Source: an uncultured Nitrospinota bacterium (lineage in GTDB: Bacteria; Tectomicrobia; Entotheonellia; J063; CAVPRW01). Taken from it: a DNA stretch of 64,000 nucleotides. Where the stretch lies: the NCBI GenBank assembly GCA_963707985.1, contig CAVPRW010000010.1:309987-373986 (forward strand). The letters run 5' to 3'. The notes below the pieces were generated by a model, which saw nothing but the letters and a program-made list of their open reading frames with translations, did not search any database and had not been told where the DNA came from. The position numbers were made by a program, and so were the translations under genes. This document shows positions 41,238 to 54,600 of the stretch, piece after piece; the first letter of the stretch is position 1, and each line of letters begins with the position of its first letter.

Positions 41238-42353
41238 ATGCTCGACCGTTTCAAAGTGCCACCAGCAGACCAGGTCCGCGTCTCAGAAGCGGCGTTACGT
41301 CGGACAGTTGCCGCCATTTTTGAGCAGATGCACCTCACACCTGAAGACGCGGCGCTTGGCGCGGACGTCCTGGTCACGACAGATCTGCGGGGGGTGGAGA
41401 GCCACGGCGTATCCAACATGTTGCGGTCCTATGTGCAGAGCTATCAGAGGGACGCCATCAATCCCCGGCCGCAGTGGCGTATCGTGCGGGAGTCGCCCAG
41501 CACCGCGACGATCGATGGCGATGGTGGCCTCGGCATCATCCTCGGTCCGAAGGCCATGCAGATCGCGATCGATAAAGCCAGGACAGCTGGCGTGGGCATC
41601 GTCACCATGTTCAACGGGCGTCACCTGGGAGCCGCAGGCTACCACGCCATGCTCGCGGCGCAGGCAGATATGGTGGGGATGTGTATGACCGCCACGCAGC
41701 CCAGCGTGGTCCCGACCTTCGGCGCCGAAGCGCGCTTTGGCACCAATCCGATCGCCATCGCCGCGCCAGCGAACACGCAGCCACCGTTCTTGTTTGACGC
41801 CGCGACCAGTTCGATTGCCGCCAACAAGGTGCAGCTGGCCGCCCGCGTGGGCTCGAATCTGTTACCGGGCTGGGTGACGGACAAAGAGGGCCATCCGATT
41901 ATGACCGAGACCCCACCAGGCGCGGTACGCGGCGACTATCTGTTGTTGCCGTTGGGGGCCACCCGAGAACTGGGATCGCATAAGGGCTATGGCCTGGCGC
42001 TCATGGTCGAAACCCTCGCCACCCTCTTGTCAGGGACCTTGCCGTTTGGGCTCGATCGGAGCACGGGCTATAAGCACTTCTTTGCGGCCTACAACATCGC
42101 GGCGTTCACGGATGTCGACGTCTTCAAAGCGAACATGGACGAGACGCTCACGTGGTTCCGGGAGACCAGGCCCGTTCCAGGGCAGGAACGCGTCCTGTAT
42201 CCGGGACTCCTGGAATACGAAGAGGCCGAAGAGCGGCGGGCGCATGGGATCCCTCTCCATGCAGAGGTGATACAGTGGTTTGGGCATATCACCCAGGAAT
42301 TGGGCCTCCCGGACCTGGTCACGCTCGAGCAGTCGGCTGAAACACGGGGGTGA
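41238..42353 (+). CDS. Ldh_2 family (malate/L-lactate/sulfolactate-type) dehydrogenase
   Basis: DLRGVESHG, HLGAAG, FGTNPIA, HKGYGLA, VLYPG. Confidence 0.93.
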   Translation: MLDRFKVPPADQVRVSEAALRRTVAAIFEQMHLTPEDAALGADVLVTTDLRGVESHGVSNMLRSYVQSYQRDAINPRPQWRIVRESPSTATIDGDGGLGIILGPKAMQIAIDKARTAGVGIVTMFNGRHLGAAGYHAMLAAQADMVGMCMTATQPSVVPTFGAEARFGTNPIAIAAPANTQPPFLFDAATSSIAANKVQLAARVGSNLLPGWVTDKEGHPIMTETPPGAVRGDYLLLPLGATRELGSHKGYGLALMVETLATLLSGTLPFGLDRSTGYKHFFAAYNIAAFTDVDVFKANMDETLTWFRETRPVPGQERVLYPGLLEYEEAEERRAHGIPLHAEVIQWFGHITQELGLPDLVTLEQSAETRG

Positions 42354-42448
42354 CCGGCCACCATCCCCATGGATACGACGCAAGGGGTGCAGCGCTGACC
42401 GCAGCCGAGCAGTTAGTTCACGACGGTCGGCAAGGACAGGGAGGTGCC

Positions 42449-44189
42449 ATGATGGCGTGCTCCGGAATAGGCCAGGTCAACGTAGTGGTCCTCATTGCCG
42501 CTTTGTTCCTCCTGATCGTGAGCGTCCCTCGTGCCCCAGCAGCCGCTCCTACCCCGACTCCAGCGCTAGAGGGGCAGACCTTCACCTTTCCTTGGCCGCC
42601 GGAATGGGTCGCCCGGGGGAAGTACCAGAAGATGGTCCTTCGGGGTATCACCGGCTTTAGCCCGGGCCAGTGGGATGTCCAGGCCTGCGGTAGCCTTCCC
42701 GACTGTCTCATGCCCTCATCCCCTCAGTTCAACGGGCTCGTATACCATAATCCGGTCAACCCCGACGAAATCGTCTGCGACCTGTGCGACACCTGGACTG
42801 TGAGTCCGGACGGAAAAACCTACACCTTCCAGCTACGGCAGGCACAGTGGCATGACGGTCAACCCGTCACCGCCGAGGACATTAAATTCTCTCTGGACCG
42901 CATCACCGAGCCTGGAGCCATCAGGGTCAGGACCGGGGTGTTACGGACGTTCTATGAACACCAGAGCGGCCAGGTGCTCGACGACAAGACCATCAGGGTG
43001 CCGATCAAGTTTGCCAGCCCTCTATTCATAGAGAATCTGGCCTCAGAGTATATGAAGATGTACCCGAAGCACGTCGCCCAGAGCCTGTCACCGGAGGAGG
43101 CGCAACAGCCGGGCAAGCTGATTGGCTCCGGCCCCTGGAAGCTCAAGGAGTTCAAGCCTCAGATCTCGATTGAATACGAGCGCAATCCCAACTATTTCAA
43201 GAAGGGCTTGCCGTTCTTCGATGGTATGATCTTCACCATCGTCCGCGACTATAATCGACGCTTGGCGGCGATGCAAGTGGGACAGGCCCATACCACGGAG
43301 GGACCGACCATCGGCTCGTATGGAAATGAAGACCCGATGCGGATGCAGCGCGACACCAAGGGCAAGGTGCGAGGCATCTACATTCCCGAAGCCGTCCAGA
43401 CCTATCTGGTCCTGCACATGAACAAGCCTCCCTTCAATGACCCACGGGTGAGGCGGGCAGTCTTCCTGGCCATTGATCGACAGGAGTTGGTGACCATCGT
43501 GCGCTGTGCGGAGCCGCTATGGCTGCTTTGGCTCGGTCGGGACGTTCCTGCCCAATAAGGGGGGACAGGTTGTCGAGTCGCCAGGAAGATCTGGCGCAGG
43601 TGCCGGGTGGCGGCAGCCCAAGGACCAGGATATCGCCGAGGCCAGAGCCCTCATGGCGGCGGCGGGCTACGCCCAGGGCTTGAAGGTGACGTTGAACCTG
43701 ACAACGGTGCCTGGCGTCCTCCGACATGGCGAGGTGATTGCTGAGCAGTTGCGCAACAGCCTGGGCCTCGAGTTGACCCTCGAAGCCGTGGATCGCGCCA
43801 CCAGCGTCGACCGCACCGTCCGCGGCACGCATCACGCCTCGCTCGATTCATCCGGCGTCATCCTGCTCGATCCGGCCGACTATCTGAACCAGCACTTTCT
43901 CGTCATGGGCGGCCAGAAGAATCCGGATAGCTGGAGCCATCCCAGGTTGACCGAGATCACCGACGCCCAGGCCAGGGAGGCAGATCCGGTGAAGCGTTTA
44001 GCCTTATTCAAAGAAGCGGTGGACATTTTGCGGCAGGGGGAGAGCCACGTGGTCCCCCTCACCTGGGGATATTCTGGGGGTATGATGGACTATCGGCTGC
44101 AGAATTTCCATGTCCCCGGTTCAGAGCAGATTGTGAAACACTTTGAGCATATCTGGTGGGACCCCGACGCCCCACTCCCTCGGGAGTGA
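42449..44189 (+). CDS. ABC transporter substrate-binding protein family 5 (frameshift ~43500)
   Basis: WHDGQPVTAEDIKFS, GSGPWK, PFNDPRVRRA. Confidence 0.88.
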
Positions 44190-44213
44190 CTGGATGCGAG
44201 AGAGCTCTCTGAA

Positions 44214-44247
44214 ATCCCCCCTCTCCCCCATTTGACAAAGGGGGGGT
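44214..44247. repeat. Intergenic palindromic element
   Basis: CCCCC-ATTTGACAAA-GGGGGGG hairpin between the binding-protein and permease genes. Confidence 0.45.
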
Positions 44248-44336
44248 GAGACACCTGGGGCTTCTTAGTTACCCTCTCAGCCAGGGGCTGTGACTCATCG
44301 CGATCGGAGGACCAGTCCTGCATTCGGGAGAGGGGT

Positions 44337-45300
44337 ATGGGAGAGTACGCCATACGCAGGGTGCTGCTCTTTATTCCTACGCTGCTGGTGGCGACGGTCC
44401 TGGTGTTCACGCTTTTCTGGATCGTCCCCGGAGACCCTGCCCTGACGATCCTGGCGGGTGGGGAAGGCGACAGCGGGTCAGTCTCCCAGGAACAGCTGCA
44501 GCAATTGCGGCAGGCGCTGGGTCTCGACCGGCCAATATACGTCCAGTACGGGAGCTGGCTGTGGAATGTGCTCCGGGGAGACCTGGGCACGTCCCTGTGG
44601 TACAAGACCCCGGTGTGGGACCAGTTGAAAGACAGGTTTCTGGTGACCATGGAACTGGCCGTGATGGCGATCTCTCTGGCCTTTTGTGTGGCCGTGCCCT
44701 TGGGCATTACCTCCGCTGCGAAACAGGACACCGGGTTCGATTATCTCAGCCGGGTCTTCTGCGTCATCGGTGTGGCCCTCCCCACATTCTGGTTGGGCAT
44801 CCTGATCGTCTACGCGCTGGCCTCCTTCTTCCAGTGGTTACCCCCCCTGGGCTATGCCACGCTGTGGGATGATCCGCTCCTGAACCTCCAACAACTGATC
44901 TTCCCGGCCCTGACCCTGGCATTCGCCGACCTCGCCTTTGCGGCCAGAGTGACGCGCTCATCCATGCTCGAAGTGCTGCGGGAGGACTATCATGCGGACC
45001 GCGCGCGCCAAAGGTCTGAGGGAGATCGTGGTCATCGGGCGACATGCATTGAAAAACGCCCTCCTGCCCGTGGTGACCATCTCAGGATATCAGTTCGGCC
45101 GGCTCCTGGGTGGCGTGATCATCGTCGAGTCCATCTTCGTGGTGCCGGGCATGGGGACCCTATTGATCGACAGCATCGTGCACCGGGATTTCATCGTGAT
45201 TCAAGCCGTCGTCCTGCTCATCGCCGCGGTCGTCTTGATCCTGAACCTGGTGATAGACCTGTTGTACGGCGTGCTCGATCCCAGAATCCACTACCAGTAA
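44337..45300 (+). CDS. Peptide/nickel ABC permease (DppB-like; frameshift ~44990)
   Basis: PGDPA, GDLGTS, RSSMLEVLREDY / RTARAKGL..HALKNA. Confidence 0.9.
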
Positions 45301-45304
45301 CGCG

Positions 45305-46283
45305 ATGCCGCAGAGGGAGAAGATGATGGTGGATCGGGAGACGACGACTGGGAGAGCCATTCCCGACCTGCGCCTCGACTGGCACGCGCTCGCGGCTCCT
45401 GTGATGGCGGTGGCCAGGTTCTCGACGCGGAAACCGCTGGGAGCCATGGGCGGTTTCATTGTCCTGGCACTCCTGGCCATGGCTCTTCTGGCTCCCGTGC
45501 TCGCCCCGTACGATCCTCGCCAGATCATCAGAGAGGCGAACCATCGAGTCGCTGTCTATGTGGCGCCGGGACACGCTTATCTCCTGGGCACCGACCATGT
45601 CGGGCGAGATATCCTCAGCCGCATCATCTACGGCGCTCGCATCTCCCTGTACGTCGGGGGTGGGGCCGTGGTGGTCGGGGTCACCGGATGGTTCGTCGTC
45701 GGGATGGTCACGGTCGTATGCCGGGGGCGCGGTGGACCTCATCATGCAGCGCATCGTGGACGCCATGATGGCCGTCCCTGGCCTGATCATCGTGCTGGCC
45801 ATTATGGCGGTGTTGGGCCCCTCATTGAACAATGTCATCATGGCCATCGTCATTGGCATGCTCGCCCCCGTGGTCCGCACCGTTCGGTCCCAGGTCTTGT
45901 CCGTGAAGGAGATGGAGTATGTCGTGGCGGCCAGGGCCATTGGGGCGCCGTCGGCACGCATCATTGCGCGACATATCATGCCCAACTGCCTGGCCATCTA
46001 CCTGATCCTGGCCACCTATTATCTGGGCTTTGCCATTATCGTCGAGGCGTCCCTGAGCTTCCTTGGCGTCGGTGTTCCCCCGGATGTCCCCAGTTGGGGG
46101 GGCATGCTGACGGCAGCGGCTCAGGGGCACGTGACAAGGGCACCGTGGGCGGGTATATTTCCCGGACTGGCGATATTCATCGCCGTGCTCGGGTTTAACC
46201 TGCTCGGCGATGCGCTGCGGGATGTCCTGGAGCCCAGGCTACGGGGCATGGGTACGACAGCGCGGCTTCTGTCCCGTGGATGA
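45305..46283 (+). CDS. Peptide/nickel ABC permease (DppC-like; frameshift ~45715)
   Basis: LGTDHVGRD, EYVVAARAIGA, EASLSFLG, PSWG. Confidence 0.9.
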
Positions 46284-46377
46284 AGGGGCTGCAGGACGAG
46301 TGTGCGCTGGTCTGGCGCACGCAACACAGGCGAGCGTCTCGGTGCGATAACACACGCTCGGAACTCCCAAGGAGGCC

Positions 46378-47772
46378 ATGCCAATGCGGCGTACACGTGT
46401 GAATGACGCGTTGAACAGTCAGGCGCCCATGGAGCAGATTCTGGTGAAGGGATGGGTCCGTACCCGTCGGGACGCCAAAGGGGTGTCGTTTTTGGAGATC
46501 AACGACGGCTCCAGCCTGAACAATCTGCAGGCGGTGGTCGCTGAATCGGCACTCGTCGATGGGAGCCTTACCGGAGTCTCCACGGGTGCTGCCGTCGAGG
46601 TCGAAGGCGCCCTGGTCGAATCGCCCGGCAAAGGGCAGCGCTGGGAAGTCCAGGCCACTCAGGTACGCCTGGTGGGAGCGGCCGACCCAGACACCTTCCC
46701 GCTGCAAAAGAAACGGCATACCGATGAATTTTTGCGGAGCATTGCCCATCTCCGTCCGCGCACCAATAAATATGGGGCACTGTTTCGCATCCGCTCAGAA
46801 AGTGCCTTTGCCGTGCATTCGTTCTTCCGCGATCGGGGTTTCTATTATCTCCACACCCCCATCATCACCGGGTCGGACTGCGAAGGTGCCGGGGCCATGT
46901 TTCGCGTCACCACCTTACCGCCTGGGGTGAAGGAGCCTGCACCGAGCGCACAGGTTTACGCCGACGACTTTTTCGGCCAGGAGGCCTATCTCACCGTGTC
47001 GGGACAATTGGAGGCAGAGCTGTTTGCCTGCGCCCTGGGCGATGTCTACACCTTCGGCCCCACCTTCCGGGCCGAAGACTCGAACACGCCCCGGCATGCC
47101 GCGGAGTTCTGGATGATCGAGCCGGAGATGGCGTTTGCCGATTTGCAGGACAACATGGACCTGGCCGAAGCGCTGGTCAAAAGCCTCGTCGCCCATGTCA
47201 TGGAGCATTGTGCGGCGGATTTGGAGCTCTTTGCCCGTTTCGTCGATCCAGACCTGCATGCGCAATCTCGAAGTCATTGCCAAAGCCACGTACGTGCGAC
47301 TGCCCTATACCGAGGCGATTGAGCTGTTACAACGCTCGGGGAAAAAGTTCGAGTTTCCCATTGCACTACGGGGCTGATCTCCAAACAGAACACGAGCGCT
47401 ACCTGACCGAGGAGCACTTTAAGACGCCAGTGATTGTCTTCAACTACCCCAAGGAGATCAAACCCTTTTATATGCGCTTGAACGACGACGACAAAACCGT
47501 GGCCGCCATGGATTTGCTGGTGCCGCGCGTGGGGGAACTGGTCGGCGGCAGTCAGCGTGAAGAGCGCCTGCGAGCGGCTCGAACAGCGCATGCAGGAAGC
47601 GGGGATGAATCGAGAGAATTACTGGTGGTTTCTCGACATGCGACGTTTCGGCACCGTCCCACACGCAGGGTTCGGGCTCGGGTTCGAGCGCTTCTTGATG
47701 ACCGTCACCGGGGTGGCCAATATCCGCGATGTGATTCCCTTCCCCCGGACGCCAAAGCATCTGGAATTTTGA
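46378..47772 (+). CDS. asnS: Asparagine--tRNA ligase (three apparent frameshifts)
   Basis: [43 protein letters not shown]. Confidence 0.95.
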
Positions 47773-47853
47773 ACAGAAGCGCCGGACGCGAGGCTGTCTA
47801 GCCTGCACCCCACTGGGGGCGCGTTACGGCGACGGCACAAAGGCAGGAGACAT

Positions 47854-48042
47854 ATGGCATCTTCAACATCACAACTCGAACAACGCGTGGCCGCCTTGGC
47901 AGCGGAAGTGACCAAGTTGAAAAACCAGATGGAAGCGATGCAGACCACCCAACCGTGGTGGGAGCAGATCGCCGGGACGTTCCAGCACGATCTCATATAC
48001 GAAGAAGCCATTCGGCTTGGGCGGCAAAACCGTCAGTCATGA
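47854..48042 (+). CDS. Small putative antitoxin
   Basis: LEQRVAAL..EV..LK, PWWEQIAGTF..D..YEEA.RLGR; upstream of a PIN relic. Confidence 0.65.
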   Translation: MASSTSQLEQRVAALAAEVTKLKNQMEAMQTTQPWWEQIAGTFQHDLIYEEAIRLGRQNRQS

Positions 48043-48083
48043 CGACCACGGAAGCTTACACAAGGACAGAAGTAGATATCCCT

Positions 48084-48500
48084 CATGGTCGTGCTCGATA
48101 CCGATCATATGAGTCTGCTGGAGTGGGCCGATAGACGGGACTCGACGCCGGCACGTACCCGTCTGGCGGCTTTTCCCCTGCGGAGGACGCCACGGCTGTT
48201 CAGAGTGATGAGGAGCAAATGCGCAGGTGGATGACGTGTATTGCGCGTCGGCGCGCGGTGACCACCAGGCGGCAGGCTCTCGGCGTGTTGCGTCGGCAGT
48301 TGGAGAACTACGGTCGGACCCCGGTCATGGAGTTTGATGAACAGGCAGCTGTCATGTTGCAGCGGCTCCGTCGTGCCCCATTCGTATTGGGACGATGGAC
48401 TGAAAATCGCGGCTAAGCACTCTCGCAGAACCAACGCTCCGCTCGCGGAATCTCGCAGACTTTCGTCAGATCCCCGCCTTGCGGGTCGAAGACCGGACTT
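48084..48500 (+). pseudogene. Degenerate PIN toxin
   Basis: MVVLDTDHMSLLE, EEQMR.W, FDEQAA, LKIAA in shifting frames. Confidence 0.7.
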
Positions 48501-48543
48501 CAGGACAGTGGGAGTGCATCTATGGAGCCAAGGTGGGACCGCC

Positions 48544-48850
48544 CTACTCCGCGACCTGGTTCCTGAAGCGCACGCGTTCGTTGATCGCCTGTCCGATGCA
48601 AGTCTGCCCGCCAGACTCGGGGCAGATGCCGGTCACGGGGTTGCTGGAGATTGCAGCAGGTATCTGGCATGCCCAGTACGGGATAAAGGCTCGGTGCGGG
48701 AGCCCAACTAGCATACGCCTCGGACCGCCACCAGGGACAGGCCGTCGTGCCTGCGCGATCTGACCCACGATGGCGATCCAGTGGCCGGGAGGCGTGCCCG
48801 TGGCACCAGCCCCGTCGGCCCAGTACTGGGCGATGGTCTGCTGCTCAGCG
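48544..48850 (-). pseudogene. Vanadium haloperoxidase/PAP2 remnant
   Basis: EQQTIAQYWADGAGATGTPPGHW and a CIGQAI..RVRF C-terminal piece; middle deleted. Confidence 0.6.
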
Positions 48851-49463
48851 TGAGGAATGAAGCGCGACCGGTAGACATCGAGTGTACCGCCTGCGATTAA
48901 ATACCTCGATGCCGGTGCCTCGGTGGTGTACTCCGGCGCGCCGTGCGGGTCTGGCGACTCGTCGAGCGAGATACCCCGGCAGGCGGCTTCGCTCCCCAGC
49001 AGGGCTGAGCGGAAGCTGGGGTTGTGCCAATCCGGGTGAACGTCGACTCGCAGGATTCGTCCAGGCACTGGAGTCGGCAGACAGGCAGCTGCCGACGGTC
49101 GACGTGACCCGTCGGAGGCGGCCCATCGATGAAGAATGACGACGACGACCGCCTGAGCGTTGGGCAGCGGAGACGCTCGGGAAGCTCATCACCTTCTTCG
49201 ACCGTCAACTCGGCACAGGCCCGCGAAGCGCTGCTGCCAGCGGCGTTGCACACGAACCGACGAAGTCACCAGTCTTCTCAAACGGGCACAGTCTCAACGG
49301 ACATGTGGAGACGCGGGGCTGGCGCAATGACCAGCCCCCACCTCGCGTTACGATAGCGGAGGCGGGAGCGACCATCGCCCTGTCCAGGTCCGTGGAAGTG
49401 TGGATGGCTTCGTCAGTGAAGCCATCCACACCCTGGCCCGAATGGTGAGACCTTGCGCACAAC

Positions 49464-50842
49464 TCAGTGCACAGGCCGGAGGTAGAGATTGGCGGCACGC
49501 TTGCCAATTTTTCGACCGTACTCGGTCCCTTCTTCGACCGATTTGCGGAAGTGGAACCCAATGAGGATGCGCGAATACGCATTCTCGGCCGCCGCCTGGG
49601 AGAAGCTGGTATACGAGCGGAGCACTGGTGACGGATCGCTGCAGGTGCTCCCGGCAGGTAGCGTCACGCTACAGTCCTGGAAGCTGATCCGGTCGGTGCC
49701 GAAGAACTGCTTCAGCACTTCAGCAGCCGCACCCCCTTCGATTGAGTGACCCGAGGCGTAGTCCTGGTCCGCAGGAGTCGGGCGCAACGGTGTCCAGGTC
49801 GGGTCACCGGTCGTGTCTGGATTGCCGTCCGTGTCCCCAGTCTGAATAGCGGTGACCGGTCGCCAGTAGTTGTAATGGTTCTTGGTATCGACCATGGCGA
49901 TGTAGCCATCCGCAAGCGCCATATTGAGCAGGCCGAATAGCCGCGCGTTCTCCCAGAGATCGAGCCCTGCGTCGGCGGAGACGGTTCTCGCAATCCGGTT
50001 CCACTTCAGCGGGGAGCTTTCCCACCAGAAGAGGGCGATTTCGGTCTGGTCGGCAGTGCGTGCGCTGGGAGTGGTGATGCCATCACCGCCGAGAGATTTC
50101 ACTTCGTTGAAGTCAGCCGTGTACTTCTTCTTGTTCACCGCGTAGGGCGGCCCCGGACGGAACTGTGAGCTGTCCTTCAGAACGAAGGGGGTGACATTTT
50201 CCCATACCTCAAAGGCGATGAACGGGGTACCCGGTGTGCACTGGTACTCGCCAGGGTTGGTATCCTGCGGGCAGTTGAAATTAAGAAATGGTCCAACCGC
50301 GCCGTCCGCCGGCTCTCAGGGCGAGGATCGCCGCCGCCGCGGCCTGTCCCACCGCGATACCCTGCGCCTTGGCCTGATCGTCGGGGATCGGCGGCGAGGG
50401 CTGCGGTATAGGCGGCTTCGACGCTTGCAACGCCTGCATCGATGCAAGACTGGGAGACGAGCTCAAGAGGGAGTTGACCGATGAGCGGGACCAGGACATC
50501 TCGTGCCGCCGCCGCCACTGCGGCGTCCGGAGAAGCTCCCGGTTCCGCCTGCATGTCGAAGGCGTAAGGACGAGAGCGACGGTCGATAGCATTCAGGGCA
50601 TCGTGGATGGCTATGTGCATCATGGCGTAGATACGCGATTCGTGGAAAGGGTCGTCGAGAGGAGCGATGCAGGCCGCAGTGGCGGCCACGCCAGCGTTTG
50701 CGTTCCAGACGGTGACTGCGTCGCCGCCGGCCGGAGCCGCGAATGCGGCTCGAGTCTGAGGATCCACCGCACGGGGTAGTTGGGTGAATACGGCGGCCAC
50801 AAGGGCCATAACGAGTAATAACCGTGTTTGTAAGCGCATCAT
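49464..50842 (-). CDS. Secreted vanadium-dependent haloperoxidase/PAP2 family protein (frameshifted)
   Basis: Signal peptide; K-x6-RP (KNHYNYWRP), YASGHS and SRILIGFHF active-site motifs. Confidence 0.88.
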
Positions 50843-51464
50843 GGCAGGCTCCCCTATGTTCAGTGTGCGAGGTGGGCGATGGATCTACGCCACGAGAAGA
50901 GAGCGAGGGATGTCCCTCCCCATGGGGAGGGGATAACGATGGGTGAGAAGTTGGGGTCTCACCAGGAAGCGTGTTTGGAGAGGCAGGTGCAATGTGACTG
51001 GTAGCGCTGAAGAACGGTTGGGCCAGGAGGACTGCATCGACCACCTCGGCGAGGGCAACGGCCGTCGCAACAGCATCAATCGCAGCAGGTATGAGCTACA
51101 GAGGACGACGAAATCAGCCCGAATGGTAACGAGCGAATTTCTGAGAGTCGAGAGGAGAGTTGTGCTCTTTGTCGAGAGCGTCGACCGTGAATCATCACGA
51201 GCGCTGGGCTACCCCCTTGTACGAGACATCCGTGAGCTTTTGACCAGGATCCTTGCCGTCGCCCCACTAGTGCCTCCAGGCCACCTGCAACGAAGCGAGT
51301 CTCGTGTGGCGAGACTGCAATGGTTTGAGGTTCATGTCTCACTCTCCTTCCTGCCATGGGTTCAGAGTTGTGCCTTGTCTCTCTGACGACGCGACCGCCG
51401 CGTCGCCAGCGCCATGCATCGCAGAAAGGTACGTCTCCCCAGGCGGGAACACATGACACGATTC

Positions 51465-51501
51465 GGGGAAATTTTCGGGGAATTTTCGGGGTATTTTTGG
51501 G
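51465..51501 (+). repeat. Short direct repeats upstream of the STAND regulator
   Basis: GGGGAAATTTTC GGGGAATTTTC GGGGTATTTTT. Confidence 0.5.
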
Positions 51502-51629
51502 AGTCGTCTTGTGCTATGATGCGCGCCTGGTGCGGCCTGAGAGGATGGCATGGGAGAGCCGCGGGGAGCGGCCGCCCACGGGATGTCCGGGGGTACGCTG
51601 GGCTCCGAGGCGGCGAAGGGGGTGGAGCG

Positions 51630-54600
51630 ATGCGCTACATCTTTGGCGACTATGTGCTTGACACCCAGCGCCATGAGCTGCATCACGCTGGGGAGCCCAT
51701 CAAGCTCCGGCGCAAAGTCTTTCAGGTGCTCGCCTACCTCCTGGCGCATCGCGATCGGGTGGTCCCCAAGCAGGAACTCCTCGAGCGCCTGTGGCCCGAC
51801 CAGTTTGTCGGGGACGCGACGCTGACATCCTGTATTAAGACCCTGCGCAAGGCGCTGGGGGAGCGGGGGCGGACGCCGCGCTTCCTGCGCACGCTGCACG
51901 GCCAGGGCTATCGCTTTGTGGGGGCGGTCGAGGAGCGGGAGCACCGCCCGGCGGACGATGCACCGCAGGCCCTCCCCCAGCGCGGGAGAGAGGGAGCCAC
52001 CCGCCAGGCCGAGGGGCCATCACCTGCCCCTGTCCCCACCGCTCGCTGACCTGGGGAGCACCCCCTGGGAGGCGCTGGACGGGGAACACAAACAGGTCAC
52101 CGTGCTCTGTGGTGCCCTGGCCGAGGCGCCAACGCTGGCCGCGCGCCTGGGGCCTGAGGCGATGTACCACCTGATGCACGACGTGTTGGCGCTGGCCCAG
52201 GACACGGTGCAGCGCTACGAGGGCACCCTCACCCAGGTCTCCGGCGAGGGCTTCCTGGCGCTGTTTGGGGCGCCGGTGGCACAGGAGGACCATGCCCGAC
52301 GGGCGGTGCTGGCGGCCCTCGAGCTCCGCCAGCGCCTGCGTGTGCCCGATGCGATCCGTGGGCAGCCGCACGGCGTGGCGGTTCGCCTGGGGCTCCACAC
52401 CGGGCCGGTGGTGGTGGGCCCGCTGGCGTACGAGCCGCAGCGGCCCTACACCGCGGCTGGCGATACCCTCCAGCTGGCGACACGGCTCCAGCAGCGGGCA
52501 GCGCCCGACACCCTCCTCGTCAGCGCCGCCACCTATGCGCTGGTGCAGGACGAGGTCCAGGGCGAGGCGTGCGAGACCCTCTCTCTCGATGCGGCCGTCC
52601 ACCCCGGTGCCGGTGTACGCGATACGCGGCCTCCTGCGGCGGCGGGCGGGCGTCCCACGGCGCGGCGCACGGCCCCTGAGTCGCTTTGTGGGCCGCACCC
52701 AGGAACTGGCGCTCCTGCACGAGCGGCTGGCGCAAGCGGCTCGGCGGGCAGGGGCAGGTGATCGGCATCGCTGGGGAGCCCGGTATGGGCAAGTCCCGGC
52801 TGCTCGCGGAATTCGTGCACAGCCTGCGCGGACGGCCCGTGACCTACTGCGAAGGCCATTGCCTGGCCTATGGCCAGCGCCACCCCGTATCTGCCGGTGC
52901 GCGACCTGCTCCGGCAGCTCTGGGGCCTCCCCGACGCAGCCCCCGCGACGGCCATCACCGCCACCGTCCAGCAGCGGCTGCGCGAGGCCGGGGTGGCGTC
53001 CGAGGACGAGGCGCTCTTGCTGCTCCAGCTCCTGGACGTGCCCGTGGACCTGGCGCCGTTGGCCGCGCTCGAGCCCGCCGGAGCGCAAGGCGCGGACCTT
53101 TGCGCTGCTGCGGCACGTGATCCGGCAGGCCAGTCAGCGGCAGCCCCTCGTGCTCGCCGTGGAGAACCTGCACTGGATCGACCCGACCTCGGAAGAGTGG
53201 CTGGCGTCGCTGGTGGAGCGGCTGGGCGACACGCCCGTACTCCTCCTGGCGACCTACCGACCCGGGTATCAGCCGCCCTGGCTCCGGCACTCCGCGGCGA
53301 CCCAGATGGCGCTGCCGCGGCTGTCACCCCGCGACAGCCTGGTGGTGCTGCAGTCCGTGCCGCAGGCCGCCCAGCTCCCGGCACCGCTACAACAGGCGAT
53401 TGTGGCCAAGGCGGCCGGCAATCCCTTCTTTGTGGAGGAGTTGACCTGGGCCGCGGTGGAGCACGGCGACCACGCCGGCCCCCTGCCGATGCCGGACACC
53501 ATCGAGGCGGTGCTGGCGGCGCGCCTCGACCGCCTGCCCCCGGAGGAAAAACGTCTGGTGCAGACCGCGGCCGTCATTGGCACCCGAGGTGCCCGTGCCG
53601 CTGTTGCAACGGCTGGCAGAGCTGCCGGAAGACGTGCTGCATCGGGGCCTGGCGCACCTCCAGGGCCGGGAGTTCCTCTACGAGACACACCTCTTCCCGG
53701 ACCCGAGCCTACACCTTCAAGCATGCCCTCACCCGTGAGGTGGCCTACGGCAGCCTGCTGCACGAGCGACGGCGCGCCCTGCATAGCCAGATCGTGGAGG
53801 CCCTTGAGGCGCTGTATCCCGATCGCCTGGGTGAGTATGCCGAGCGCCTCGCCCAGCACGCGCTGCGGGGCGAGGTGTGGGAGAAGGCGGTGCCCTACTG
53901 CCGCCAGGCCGGGGAGAAGGCGCGGAACCGCGGGGCCTTCCGCGAAGCGGTCACGAGCTTCGAACAGGCCATCGAGGCGCTCGGCCACCTCCCCGAGCAC
54001 CTCGACACCGGGGTACTGGCCATCGATCTTCACCACCGCTTAGGAGCCATGCTGAGCTTGGTGGGAGAGCATGCGAGGAGTCTCGCCCTGTTGGGCGAGG
54101 CCGAGGTGCGGGCCCGACAGCTCGACGATCGAGCCCGGCTGGGAGGGGTGCTGTCCAGGATGGTCACGGTGCGCATGATCGTCGGGGACGTTGATGGCGC
54201 CATGGCGGCAGGCCGGCAGGCCCTGGAGCTGGCGGTCACGCTCGGGGATCCTGCCCTGCACGTGGACGCCTCCTATCGCTTGGGGCAGGTCTACGCTGGC
54301 ATTGGCGACTACAGCCGAGCGGCCGAGGTGCTGCGGGGGAACGTGGAGGCGCTGGCCCGTAGCACGCCTGGTGACATGCGTTTGTGGTGTATCAAATCGC
54401 AGGCATGGCTCGCGGAGGTGTTGAGCATACTCGGGGAGTTCGCCGAGGGGAGACGCCACGGGGAAGAGGCGCTCCGCCTCGCCATGGTCGATGGACAATG
54501 GCAACGGGACGCACCGATCACCGCCCGCGACGCACCTCGGCTGCCTGTACCTCGCCCAGGGGGACCTGGAAGCGGCCATCCGGGTGTTCGAGGAGGGCCT

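Noticed and set aside
46378..47772. Frameshifts in asnS (and in AOR, ABC genes, hsdR, STAND, VHPO) as pseudogenisation or programmed frameshifting
   Set aside because: Single-base shifts are scattered across many unrelated, otherwise intact genes, including a housekeeping synthetase; long-read indel error is the simpler explanation
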